Below are positions 8,914-18,113 of a stretch of 33,545 nucleotides of DNA, piece by piece (the stretch's first letter is position 1; each line of letters opens with the position of its first letter). The notes beneath the pieces were generated by a model. It had not been told where the DNA came from. It was given only the letters and a program-made list of their open reading frames with translations, and ran no database searches. Position numbers and translations under genes: made by a program. Source of the stretch: Pseudomonadota bacterium (lineage in GTDB: Bacteria; Desulfobacterota; Desulfobacteria; Desulfobacterales; JBDRRP01); NCBI GenBank assembly GCA_043825735.1, contig JBDRRP010000050.1:62001-95545 (forward strand), read 5' to 3'.

Positions 8914-11900
8914 ATGCGAAAGATTATACTCATCGGCATCATCGCGAGTTCTTTCCTTCTCACCAACGGATGGGCTGCCGAAGCGCCCGGCGAAGCGTAT
9001 CTGGCCCAGACCATGGAGTGCCGCTTCACGCCGGAGCTGACCGCGCTGGCCGAAAGCCTCGATCACGATCCGGTGAGCATTTATAACTGGGTCTACGAGA
9101 ACGTGGCGTATGAGGACTACCGCTGCTCCAGAAAGGGCGCGCGCTCGACGTATCTTTCCCGCCGAGGAAACGAGTGGGACCAGAGCAGCCTGCTGATCAC
9201 CCTGTTGCGCATCTCGGGTATTCACGCCAGGTATCGCCAGATCGGCGGAGATGCGCGAGTTATCGTGGAAGCATGGCTGCCCACCGCCAACTACCGCGGA
9301 ATGCCGTTTGGCGATGAAAAGGATTGGATTCCCCTGATCCCCTGGCTCAAGAATACGCGCAAAACAGCCGGAATCGATCTCTTCGAAAACGACGTGATCC
9401 CGCCGGCCCTGGCGTTCGATTTCGACGGCTACCTCACCCAGCACCGGCAGAAAACCGCCATCGAGCTTTTTCAGGAAAGCGTCCGCGATTACCTGGCGGC
9501 CAATTACCCGGACAAGACCATTAAGGATGTGCCGGCCCGCGAAACACTGATTCAGCGCCCGCTCGCGGTGCTGCCGTCAAGCCTTCCTTTGGCCATCGAT
9601 CGCGTGGCTGAAAGCGCCTATTACGACGCAGTCCCTGAATCGGAACGTGAAAGCATCACGCTGTATATCAAAAACGAAGCAGGCGGTGCGGTGCTTTTAG
9701 AGAGAGAAATTTATCTGCCGGAGGTGGCCGGGCGACGATTCACTCTGGAATTTAATCAGGGCGCGGCCGGCTGGTTGATCCCGGTATTCAAACTCGACGA
9801 CGAGATCATTCAGGAAGGCGCTGCCATTCTTGCAGATGCCAATTTTTTCCCGGCTTTCGAGAGCGATTGGTATGCATATACGGCAAGGCCGTCGAAGAAT
9901 GCAGGTACTTATATGCTCATGGCGTTTGACCCGCTATCGGCCTCAGAAAACGACGTCGAAATGCTCAAGGACGAACTGGGTCAGTTGAGCGCCTCAATGG
10001 TATTGGACCCTGCCACCCGCGGGCAGTATCTCGGCCGCATCGCATCCGTCATCATGAACACCTATCTGATACGCTACCTGCAGAATACAAATGCGGCGGC
10101 CGACCTCCTACACCTGGGCCTAATTTATGCCGGGCAATGTCCGACGTTCATTTATACGTCAACGGATAACCTACCCACCGTGTCGGATGCTAAATTCATT
10201 GTACATCCTCAATGGAGTTTCGATTCATTTTTTGCCTCGGTGAAAGCCTATCATGCCGATGACCCGCTTAGGACGCTCATCGACAACAGCTCACCGATGG
10301 CCGAATTGCTGTGCAAGCTTTATATGTTCAGTGCCTCTTACAATGAAGGACGCATTTTCGAAGACTGGCAGGATACAAAAGCCTTGAGCACGATCCGGGG
10401 CATCATGGCGGCCCACGAGCAGGGAATACCAGTGGTTGATCTGACGGCCGCGGATATCGTTAACGACACGATTCCTGTTCTTGCCAACCAGAGCACGAAC
10501 AAGTTGCCGGATGGGGTGATCGCCGGAATGGTGGATGAGCTTCAGGAAGGGCAGGAGATCAAGACACCCGTCCAGAGCATCGGTTTTGAAGATATTAACG
10601 GCTATGTTTACCTGAGCTATGGGCCGACTTACAGCAGCTATGTCTTCAATGGAGATATGGGGGCAAAGGCTGTCCTCAATGCGCTGGAGAGCGTTAGAAC
10701 GGCTTTAAAAGGAGAGCTGCCGCCGGACCTGCAGGCCATTTACGACAAGTACAAAGGAAAAGATAGCAACGGGGCTGAAGTCATACAAAATAGCAAGGCC
10801 GATGAGAATAAAAGCTTTGCCGGCGCGATTGCCAGTTTCATTGGCGATCCAATTGATATGGTTACCGGGGAGTTTTATGCGGAAGAGCAGCCGGATATCA
10901 ACATACGCGGCCGTGGCCTGCCGCTGAACGTGACACGCAAGTACCGAAGTCAGCTGCTGTACAACGGCCCTTTTGGTTACGGCTGGACGTGGAATCACTC
11001 AGACGAACTGATAGTGTATGATGGGGGCGATGTCGTTTACAACAATACAGATGGCAAGCACATATACGTTTCGTACGATGCCACCGAAGGTTACCAATAC
11101 CCCCCCGGCATGACCTTTACCCTGGTGCAGACCGCTATTGGTTACGAGATCCACAACAAAGATCTCAGCAAAATCTATTTCGATGCCAACGGTCGCCTCG
11201 TATCCAAAGCTGACCCTGATGGCAACACGCTGAGCTTTGCCTACGATGCAGAGGGGCACCTGTCCACCATCACAGACGATCTGGGCCGCAGCCTCACGTT
11301 CATCGTCGGCGCCAATGGCAAGATCACCCGGGTCACCGACTTCACCGGGCGATACTGCGAGTATGCCTACAGCGGCGACGACTTGATCAGTTTCACTGAC
11401 CTCGAGGGAAACACCACAACCTTCGAGTACTATGCCGATCTCGACAACCCTCAGAACCTTCACAATCTCACCAAGTACATCCTGCCCACCGGCGACTACC
11501 TTGAAATCGGTTACTACAAAAACGACCAGGTGGCCTTTCACAGAAACAAAAAGGGCGAGGTCTTCAACTTCCAATACAGCCGGCTCAACAAATACGGCGA
11601 GACCTGGAACGAGGAAGGCTACTACCGCAAGGTTTTCTTCAACGACCAGAACGATGTCATCCGCATCACCAACGAGGATAAAACCCTCGAAACCATGACC
11701 TATGACACCAATCACAACAAGCTCACCCACACCGATGCCAACGGGCACACCACCACCTTCACTTACGACGACAAACGCAACCTCACCTCGAAAACCAACG
11801 CGCTGAATGAGGCTTGGGCTTATGTCTACAGCAACCCACTTGTCAACAAGCCCACTGCGGTCACAGACCCACGCGGGAACACTACGCAGTATGAATATAA

Positions 11901-14900
11901 TGCACAGGGCCGCGTTACTAAAAAGACCGACGCGCTTTTGAACGAAACCGATTTCAACTACGATCAGTACGGCAACCTGGTCCAGGTCACCGACGCCCTA
12001 AACCACTGGGAAGCTTTCGTCTACGACGCCAACGGCCTCCACCTGGTATCGAGCCTCGATAAAAACGGCAACGAGACGCACTTCGCCCATGATGCCATCG
12101 GGCGGGTCGTCTCCGCCACCGACTCCCAGGGGCATGCGACCCAGTTCGCCTTCAACGCCTACGACCAGAAGACCGTGGTCACAGATGCCCTGGGCAACCA
12201 GACGTCTATCACCTACAACGCCGTCCGCCAGCCGGTATCGCAAACCGACGCCAGGGGCGGGGTCACCCGGATAATTTATGACACCGCCCGAGACATAGTG
12301 ACCGGTGCCAAGGTAAAAGAAAAGATCGACCCGTTGGGGTACCGCGAGTACTTCTACCATGACCGCGTGGGGAATCTGGTCTGGCAGGAGGACAAAAAAG
12401 GCAACATACACACATTCGTTTACGACGGCCTGGGCCGCCGGACCGAAACCATCGATCCTTTCAAAAACGTTGTCCGCGACCGTTACGACGGCAGCGGCAA
12501 CCGTGTCGAAAGCATCGATAAGCGCGGGTTTGTCACCGGCTATGCGTTCGATGCCGAAAACCGGCCCACCAGCGTTACGGATCCTCTGGGAAATACGGTC
12601 ACCAATACCTACGATGCCAACGGCAACCTAAGCACAGTGACGGATGCCAACGGCATTGTCACCCGTCTTGAATACGATGCGCTGAACCGTATGGTCCAAA
12701 AAACCCTGGCCTACGGCAGCGCCGATGCCGCAGTGTTTCAATACGAATACGATGCCCTGGGCCGGCTCACAAAGACGACCAATCCACTCGGTCACTATGA
12801 AACCTACGGTTACGATGCCAACGGCAACCGCGTAAGCATTGCCAAGTACCAGTCCGATGGTTCCCTGCTGGCCACCCAGGCGTTCGAGTACGACGCCCGC
12901 AATTTACCTTTTGAGGAGACCGGACCGACAGGATCTGCGACAACCTATGAATACGATGCCATGGGCCGAAAGACCGCCATGATCGATCCGGCCGGAAACC
13001 GCACCGAGTATGCCTACAACGAGACGGGTAATCTGGTGGCCGTGACCGATCCGCTCTTTAACATCATAAAGCATGAATATGACCTGCGAGGGCAGCGCGT
13101 GCTTACAATCGATGCCGAAGGCGGCGAAACTGCCTATCGCTACGATGGCAACGGCAACCTCGTCTGGCAGCGCGATGCCGATGGCAACGAGACAGGGATT
13201 TTCTACGATGCGTTAAACCGGAAAATCGGTATCCGGGACGCGGTGGGCGCCGAAACCAGCTTCGACTACGATCCTGCAGGCAACCTCATCGCACAAAACG
13301 ACGCCAACGGCGGTGTGACGCGTTTTGAGTACGATGCGGTTGGGCGGAAAGTGAAGACGATTCGCCCGATGGGTGAGGCGTTCAGTACAGAATATGACGC
13401 CGCGGGAAACAAGACAGCCGTCATTGATGCCATGGGGCAGAAAACCGCTTACAATTACAACGATCTGTACCAGATCGAAACCGTCTCCTATTATGCCGCC
13501 GCCGATTGGGTGACGCCGGTAAAAACCGTTTCGTTCACCTACGATGAAATGGGCAGCCTGCTGTCCTATGACGACGGCACGACTTCGGCCCTTTACGGCT
13601 ACGATGCCCTTGGCCGTAAGACCGCCGAGTCAGTGGATTACGGCCCCTTCGCCCTGAACCATTCCGTCACCTACCGGGCCGATGGCCAGAAAGCCTCCTA
13701 TACGGGACCGGACAATGCCACCGTCAGCTATGGCTATGACGCCTACGACCGCTTGACCGATATCAACTTGCCTGGAGGCGCCCAGGTGAGCTATGCCAAT
13801 TTCGAGTGGAACCGTCCAACGACGGTAGCAATGCCTGGCGGCGTTACTACCACATACGCATATACGGCAAAGCAACAGGTTGCCGCGATCACCACAACAG
13901 ACGGCGCTGCCTCGACCATATTCAGCCGGCATTACGAGTACTCGCCGGCGGGCAACATTACGGCAAAGCACTCCGAGCACGGCACCTACACCTACCAGTA
14001 CGACGCCGTGAACCAGTTGACCCAGGCAAACAACCCGACCTTATCGGGAGAAGCTTATGGCTACGACCTGTTAGGCAATCGCATGAGCACTGCCACTGCC
14101 AGCGGGTTCACCTACGATTTGAATAACCGGTTGTTGGCCCATGATGGCACAACGTTTGATTATGACCTAAACGGCAATACGACCTCGAAAACGACCGGTG
14201 GGGTCTTCACCCGTTTTTATTACGACACCTCGGATCGATTGGCCCGCGTGGCAGACAGTGGTGGCGGCACCATCGCTGAATACAGCTACGATCCCTTCGG
14301 GCGCAGGCTTTGGAAGGATGTCGGTGGCACGCGAACCTATTTCTTTTATACCGATGAAGGCCTGTCCTGCGAGTACGGTGTTACTGGGCAGGAACTGAGG
14401 ACCTACGGTTACCGGCCGAATCCGGGGTGGACCACCGCACCGGTGTATATGATAGAGGCCGGAGTCTACTATTACTACCTAAATGACCACCTGGGTACCC
14501 CGCAAAAGGTGGTTGACTCTGCAGGAGGCGTTGCTTGGGAGGCTATATTTGAAAGCTTCGGTGTTGCGCATGTGGCGGGTGGTGCGGTCGTTATAAACAA
14601 CGTGCGGTTTCCGGGCCAATACTACGATGCAGAAACAGAATTGTATTACAATTGGAACAGATACTATGATCAAAAGATTGGAAGGTATTTGAGAAGTGAC
14701 CCCGCAGAGGATGGGGTCAACCTTTATCTCTATGTTCGCAATAATACGATAAGATTTTTTGACCCAAACGGCTTAACAACATTAGCCAGAGCCCAATGTG
14801 GTATAGTAAACGGGGGTAAAACTGTTGGTGGCGGATATATGAATTGTCGTATTAGGACAGAATGCCGGGGGGGCTCTCAGCAAGTGGCAATGTATGAGGC

Positions 14901-15240
14901 AACTTTTGCAGGTGGAACGTACGGTGATAATGTTGTCAGTGCTATTTGGACGTATTATGATTTAGAGTTCTATGATATTAGCCAATTAAACGGCAACGTT
15001 TCAATGGTTTCAGCTACAGTTGCGGCTGGCGTAGGTTTTACTTACGGTAATGCGTGCTTTGGGAGAGTATGCGTAAATAACTCAGCAAACCCGGTGATGG
15101 GTATTGGATATGGGCCTACACTTCCGGGTTTGGAGGCGACATTAGATGCCTTTTTCGGTGCCGGTAGTATAACAATAATAGGGGATGTGAACTGCTCAAA
15201 TGAAGAGACGGAATTAATACTGGCACCTGAGATGCCATAA
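8914..15240 (+). CDS. Rhs/YD-repeat polymorphic toxin with signal peptide, transglutaminase-like N-terminal domain, DUF6531-like segment, Rhs core and 154-aa C-terminal toxin tip
   Basis: Signal peptide MRKIILIGII...GWA. IYNWVYENV..GNEWDQSSLLITLLRISGIHARY; GDPIDMVTGEF..GPFGYGW; dozens of YD repeats; DHLGTP, RFPGQYYDAET..YNWNRYY..GRYLRSDP; DPNGL at 14761-14775. ORF is open from 8749. Confidence 0.93.
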   Translation: MRKIILIGIIASSFLLTNGWAAEAPGEAYLAQTMECRFTPELTALAESLDHDPVSIYNWVYENVAYEDYRCSRKGARSTYLSRRGNEWDQSSLLITLLRISGIHARYRQIGGDARVIVEAWLPTANYRGMPFGDEKDWIPLIPWLKNTRKTAGIDLFENDVIPPALAFDFDGYLTQHRQKTAIELFQESVRDYLAANYPDKTIKDVPARETLIQRPLAVLPSSLPLAIDRVAESAYYDAVPESERESITLYIKNEAGGAVLLEREIYLPEVAGRRFTLEFNQGAAGWLIPVFKLDDEIIQEGAAILADANFFPAFESDWYAYTARPSKNAGTYMLMAFDPLSASENDVEMLKDELGQLSASMVLDPATRGQYLGRIASVIMNTYLIRYLQNTNAAADLLHLGLIYAGQCPTFIYTSTDNLPTVSDAKFIVHPQWSFDSFFASVKAYHADDPLRTLIDNSSPMAELLCKLYMFSASYNEGRIFEDWQDTKALSTIRGIMAAHEQGIPVVDLTAADIVNDTIPVLANQSTNKLPDGVIAGMVDELQEGQEIKTPVQSIGFEDINGYVYLSYGPTYSSYVFNGDMGAKAVLNALESVRTALKGELPPDLQAIYDKYKGKDSNGAEVIQNSKADENKSFAGAIASFIGDPIDMVTGEFYAEEQPDINIRGRGLPLNVTRKYRSQLLYNGPFGYGWTWNHSDELIVYDGGDVVYNNTDGKHIYVSYDATEGYQYPPGMTFTLVQTAIGYEIHNKDLSKIYFDANGRLVSKADPDGNTLSFAYDAEGHLSTITDDLGRSLTFIVGANGKITRVTDFTGRYCEYAYSGDDLISFTDLEGNTTTFEYYADLDNPQNLHNLTKYILPTGDYLEIGYYKNDQVAFHRNKKGEVFNFQYSRLNKYGETWNEEGYYRKVFFNDQNDVIRITNEDKTLETMTYDTNHNKLTHTDANGHTTTFTYDDKRNLTSKTNALNEAWAYVYSNPLVNKPTAVTDPRGNTTQYEYNAQGRVTKKTDALLNETDFNYDQYGNLVQVTDALNHWEAFVYDANGLHLVSSLDKNGNETHFAHDAIGRVVSATDSQGHATQFAFNAYDQKTVVTDALGNQTSITYNAVRQPVSQTDARGGVTRIIYDTARDIVTGAKVKEKIDPLGYREYFYHDRVGNLVWQEDKKGNIHTFVYDGLGRRTETIDPFKNVVRDRYDGSGNRVESIDKRGFVTGYAFDAENRPTSVTDPLGNTVTNTYDANGNLSTVTDANGIVTRLEYDALNRMVQKTLAYGSADAAVFQYEYDALGRLTKTTNPLGHYETYGYDANGNRVSIAKYQSDGSLLATQAFEYDARNLPFEETGPTGSATTYEYDAMGRKTAMIDPAGNRTEYAYNETGNLVAVTDPLFNIIKHEYDLRGQRVLTIDAEGGETAYRYDGNGNLVWQRDADGNETGIFYDALNRKIGIRDAVGAETSFDYDPAGNLIAQNDANGGVTRFEYDAVGRKVKTIRPMGEAFSTEYDAAGNKTAVIDAMGQKTAYNYNDLYQIETVSYYAAADWVTPVKTVSFTYDEMGSLLSYDDGTTSALYGYDALGRKTAESVDYGPFALNHSVTYRADGQKASYTGPDNATVSYGYDAYDRLTDINLPGGAQVSYANFEWNRPTTVAMPGGVTTTYAYTAKQQVAAITTTDGAASTIFSRHYEYSPAGNITAKHSEHGTYTYQYDAVNQLTQANNPTLSGEAYGYDLLGNRMSTATASGFTYDLNNRLLAHDGTTFDYDLNGNTTSKTTGGVFTRFYYDTSDRLARVADSGGGTIAEYSYDPFGRRLWKDVGGTRTYFFYTDEGLSCEYGVTGQELRTYGYRPNPGWTTAPVYMIEAGVYYYYLNDHLGTPQKVVDSAGGVAWEAIFESFGVAHVAGGAVVINNVRFPGQYYDAETELYYNWNRYYDQKIGRYLRSDPAEDGVNLYLYVRNNTIRFFDPNGLTTLARAQCGIVNGGKTVGGGYMNCRIRTECRGGSQQVAMYEATFAGGTYGDNVVSAIWTYYDLEFYDISQLNGNVSMVSATVAAGVGFTYGNACFGRVCVNNSANPVMGIGYGPTLPGLEATLDAFFGAGSITIIGDVNCSNEETELILAPEMP

Positions 15241-15275
15241 TCGAATAAATCGGTCAAAATATGAATTGATAGAAA

Positions 15276-15770
15276 ATGAATACTAAATATTTTATTCTAC
15301 TATTATCATTATTAATTGTTGAAATGACGTTATTGGCAAGATGGAATAGACTGTACTTGCGATATGGTCTCCCAATTTACTTCAAGAAAATAGCCCTAAA
15401 TAATACTTTTAATGACGGAGCATCTAAAAAAATAAATGGTGCACTCAAATGCTTGCCTATTGGTTATGAGTATAGAGAGATAGAAAATAATGTATTTGCT
15501 TTACGAGACAGTTTCGCTCGGTTTTCAGCGAATTCACTTATGCGAGGAATAATTATCTATGATTCGAAAAATAATACAGTTCGTATATATGGGCATCTCT
15601 ATTTATCGATCGTTGCGATTTTTGCATTTGTTCTGTCGGTACTCGGCCCTGCTGTAATTCCCTTTTGTATAATTATCTTTAGTATACCATATATAAGAAA
15701 CAGAATTGATTTCAATAAAATTGCCGATATCATCAAAAATACAAGGGACACCCATTTGGAGCAATGGTAG
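15276..15770 (+). CDS. Putative immunity protein (membrane) for the main Rhs toxin
   Basis: AT-rich small ORF 35 bp after the toxin stop; N-terminal and two C-terminal hydrophobic segments. Confidence 0.7.
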   Translation: MNTKYFILLLSLLIVEMTLLARWNRLYLRYGLPIYFKKIALNNTFNDGASKKINGALKCLPIGYEYREIENNVFALRDSFARFSANSLMRGIIIYDSKNNTVRIYGHLYLSIVAIFAFVLSVLGPAVIPFCIIIFSIPYIRNRIDFNKIADIIKNTRDTHLEQW

Positions 15771-15960
15771 AGTAGAGGGCAGATCAGAGGGAAGACATAA
15801 GGGTCACCCATTAAAGGACTCGTCAAGTAAATTGAAATGGGGTCGCACCGAGATATCCTATTGCAAACACACATATTATCATCCAAATTATAGGTGTTTG
15901 TATAGGCTATTTCGTCCTTTTCGGGGCCAAAAACGGTCATATAGAAAAAGCGAAGACATA

Positions 15961-16633
15961 AGGCTCAAACCTACACATTGACAAAACGATTTGTGTATCG
16001 ACCGAGCAAAATATCAATGTAAACTTTAACCGAACAGCCCTACGGATGGCCCGTCAATTACGTATAGAATACCCAGGTGCGTATTACCATGTGACTTCTC
16101 GCGGTAATGAGCGAAAGGCTGTGTATAAAAGCCGGCGCGATTGCGAGCAGTTTCTATCCTATTGGGATATTTTGGAGAAAATGTATTCGAAGCCATGCAA
16201 AGGTACCAACGTTTCCTGGGTTCTGTTAGCGGCGCAGAACTGATCAGTCCTCGGAAGGAGAGGCTTCATTCCGTAATACTGGGCAGTCAGGAATTTATTG
16301 ATAATATAAAGAAGCAATATTTAAGCCATATAGAGCCAGATCGCGAACTGCCTGAGCTAAATGATCAGCCTAATAAAATCGGTATTGAAGACATTGAAAA
16401 TGCTGTGAACAAAGTGTTCGGTACAGACAAAAGGCTTGCCCGCCAAGTGAAACTGTATCTAAGCCACCGATACACTGGTCTTAAACTTAAGGAAATAGGC
16501 CAGTGGTATAGAATTGGGCAATCCGGTGTCACTCAGGCAAGCCGTAGAGTTCAGAATCGTATTGACATGGATCGGAAATTCAAGCGCACCGTTTTGAAGG
16601 CTAAGCGGTTTGTCAATGTGTTGGTTTGACCCC
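15961..16633 (+). mobile_element. Defective RAYT-like (Y1/IS200 superfamily) element bounded by 25-bp imperfect inverted repeats
   Basis: AGGCTCAAACCTACACATTGACAAA (15961-15985) versus the reverse complement of 16609-16633 (GGGGTCAAACCAACACATTGACAAA): 22/25 match. Confidence 0.75.
16046..16629 (+). pseudogene. Internally deleted RAYT-type tyrosine transposase with C-terminal DnaA-like HTH
   Basis: The N-terminus MARQLRIEYPGAYYHVTSRGNER jumps near 16155 into another frame encoding ILGSQEF...LYLSHRYTGLKLKEIG (HTH). HUH motif and catalytic Tyr region are absent. Confidence 0.8.
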
Positions 16634-16770
16634 TATTTCCTGTGGGTGGGATCGGCACTGCAGGTGCGGAAGTTGGTGGGTATGCAGAGGGCTTATTTCA
16701 TGGCCTTATGTCAGGGGCCACGAATGAGGCAAGCGAATATGCGCCGGATGTTATAGGAGCGATGTTTTGA
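16634..16770 (+). pseudogene. Probable remnant 3' end of an orphan toxin tip
   Basis: Startless open frame VGGIGTAGAEVGGYAEGLFHGLMSGATNEASEYAPDVIGAMF* whose TGA (16768-16770) overlaps the TTG start of the next gene. Confidence 0.5.
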
Positions 16771-17024
16771 ATTTACTAAATTTATACTTTAAACTTCGCA
16801 AAGTCTTCTTTATTTTTATCTTCGTATCATTGCCAGCATATTTTTTAATTATGGGCCTCATATTTAAAGGAAAAACAGGCCTATGGGCTGGGATATTCTT
16901 TCTGTTTATACTGCTAATATTTGACTTATACTTCTATAAATGTCAAAGCTGCAGAAAGAGAAATTTCATGAATGAGCATGATAGAATATGTAAGTTTTGT
17001 GGTCGAGATTATCAAAATCTATGA
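16767..17024 (+). CDS. Small membrane protein with C-terminal CxxC...CxxC (putative immunity protein)
   Basis: Two hydrophobic helices then CQSC...CKFC; AT-rich; AGGAG upstream. Confidence 0.6.
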   Translation: MNLLNLYFKLRKVFFIFIFVSLPAYFLIMGLIFKGKTGLWAGIFFLFILLIFDLYFYKCQSCRKRNFMNEHDRICKFCGRDYQNL

Positions 17025-17094
17025 GAGAGTGTTGGGCGAGGGTAATAGGGGACACCGCGTGCGATTCCGGGTCGATAGATTGGGGGTCGGGTTC

Positions 17095-18099
17095 CGGGTC
17101 GGGCCACGCTATGAGATCAATATTGCACAAATAGTTGGATAGGCATTGTCTAAATGAAGCCCTTAATCGAGCAGTTTTCCCCGAAAACTGCATTGTTAAG
17201 AAAGTCGGCTCACAATGGCACGCGCAAAAAGGCATTACATCCCCGGTCATGCCTGGCATATCACCCAACGCTGCCATAAAAGAGACTTTCTTCTCAAATT
17301 CCCCAGAGATCGACGAAGATGGATCGAGTGGCTTTATCGAGCCAGGAAAAAGTATCCAGGTCTGAGTGTGTTGGATAATATGGTCACCTCAAACCACATC
17401 CACCTGCTGGTGTATGATACCGGCGGCCGGAACGTGATCCCCGATTCAATCAAGTTGATAGGGGGCCGAACAGGTCAGGAGTACAATATACGTAAAAACA
17501 GAAAGGGTGCTTTCTGGGAAGACCGCTATCATGCAACCGCCGTGGAGAGTGGCCGATATTTAAGGCAATGCATCGCCTACATAGATATGAACATGGTTCG
17601 CGCCGGTGTTGTAAAGCATCCATCCGAGTGGGGTTTTTGTGGTTATAACGAGATCCAGAACCCTCGGAAGAGAAAGGGGATCATCGATTTTAATCGACTG
17701 ATTGGATTGTTGGGCTTGGAGAGCTACGAAGATTTAAAGGATTCCCATTTCAAATGGATTGAGAGCAGAATCGAGAAAGCTTCCAGTAAAAGGGAACTCA
17801 AGTGGAGCCAGAGCGTTGCAGTAGGTAGTGCAGAATATTTAGAAAAGATAAAAAGGAATCTTGGTTTTAGAGCCAAGGGAAGAAAGATCATCGACAGTGG
17901 CGGAATCTTTGAACTAAGAGAAGGGTTGGAACCATGTAGGTTCCCGGATCGTCTGGGTTGCACGAATATTTCGCGATGGAATAAACGCTAGTCAGATAAC
18001 CGGCCGGTTTTGGGATAAAACTGGCCAATTAAGCAGGAAATATCGCTAGAAAATATAATCTTTTCACGACTTGTCAGTAAGTTGCTGCGGCCCGACCCG
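17095..18099 (+). mobile_element. RAYT-like element bounded by 11-bp inverted repeats
   Basis: CGGGTCGGGCC (17095-17105) / GGCCCGACCCG (18089-18099). Extra GGGTCG copies at about 17068 and 17084. Confidence 0.65.
17215..17991 (+). CDS. RAYT-type Y1 HUH transposase, apparently intact
   Basis: MARAKRHYIPG..WHITQRC; HUH motif SNHIHLL; RKGAFWEDRYHA; catalytic-Tyr segment AYIDMNMVRAGVVKHP. Confidence 0.88.
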   Translation: MARAKRHYIPGHAWHITQRCHKRDFLLKFPRDRRRWIEWLYRARKKYPGLSVLDNMVTSNHIHLLVYDTGGRNVIPDSIKLIGGRTGQEYNIRKNRKGAFWEDRYHATAVESGRYLRQCIAYIDMNMVRAGVVKHPSEWGFCGYNEIQNPRKRKGIIDFNRLIGLLGLESYEDLKDSHFKWIESRIEKASSKRELKWSQSVAVGSAEYLEKIKRNLGFRAKGRKIIDSGGIFELREGLEPCRFPDRLGCTNISRWNKR

Positions 18100-18113
18100 A
18101 ATCCGCGAATCAC

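Noticed and set aside
8914..15240. T6SS effector or Tc-toxin C subunit
   Set aside because: No PAAR/VgrG/DUF1795 chaperone or TcA/TcB neighbours; N-terminal signal peptide present.
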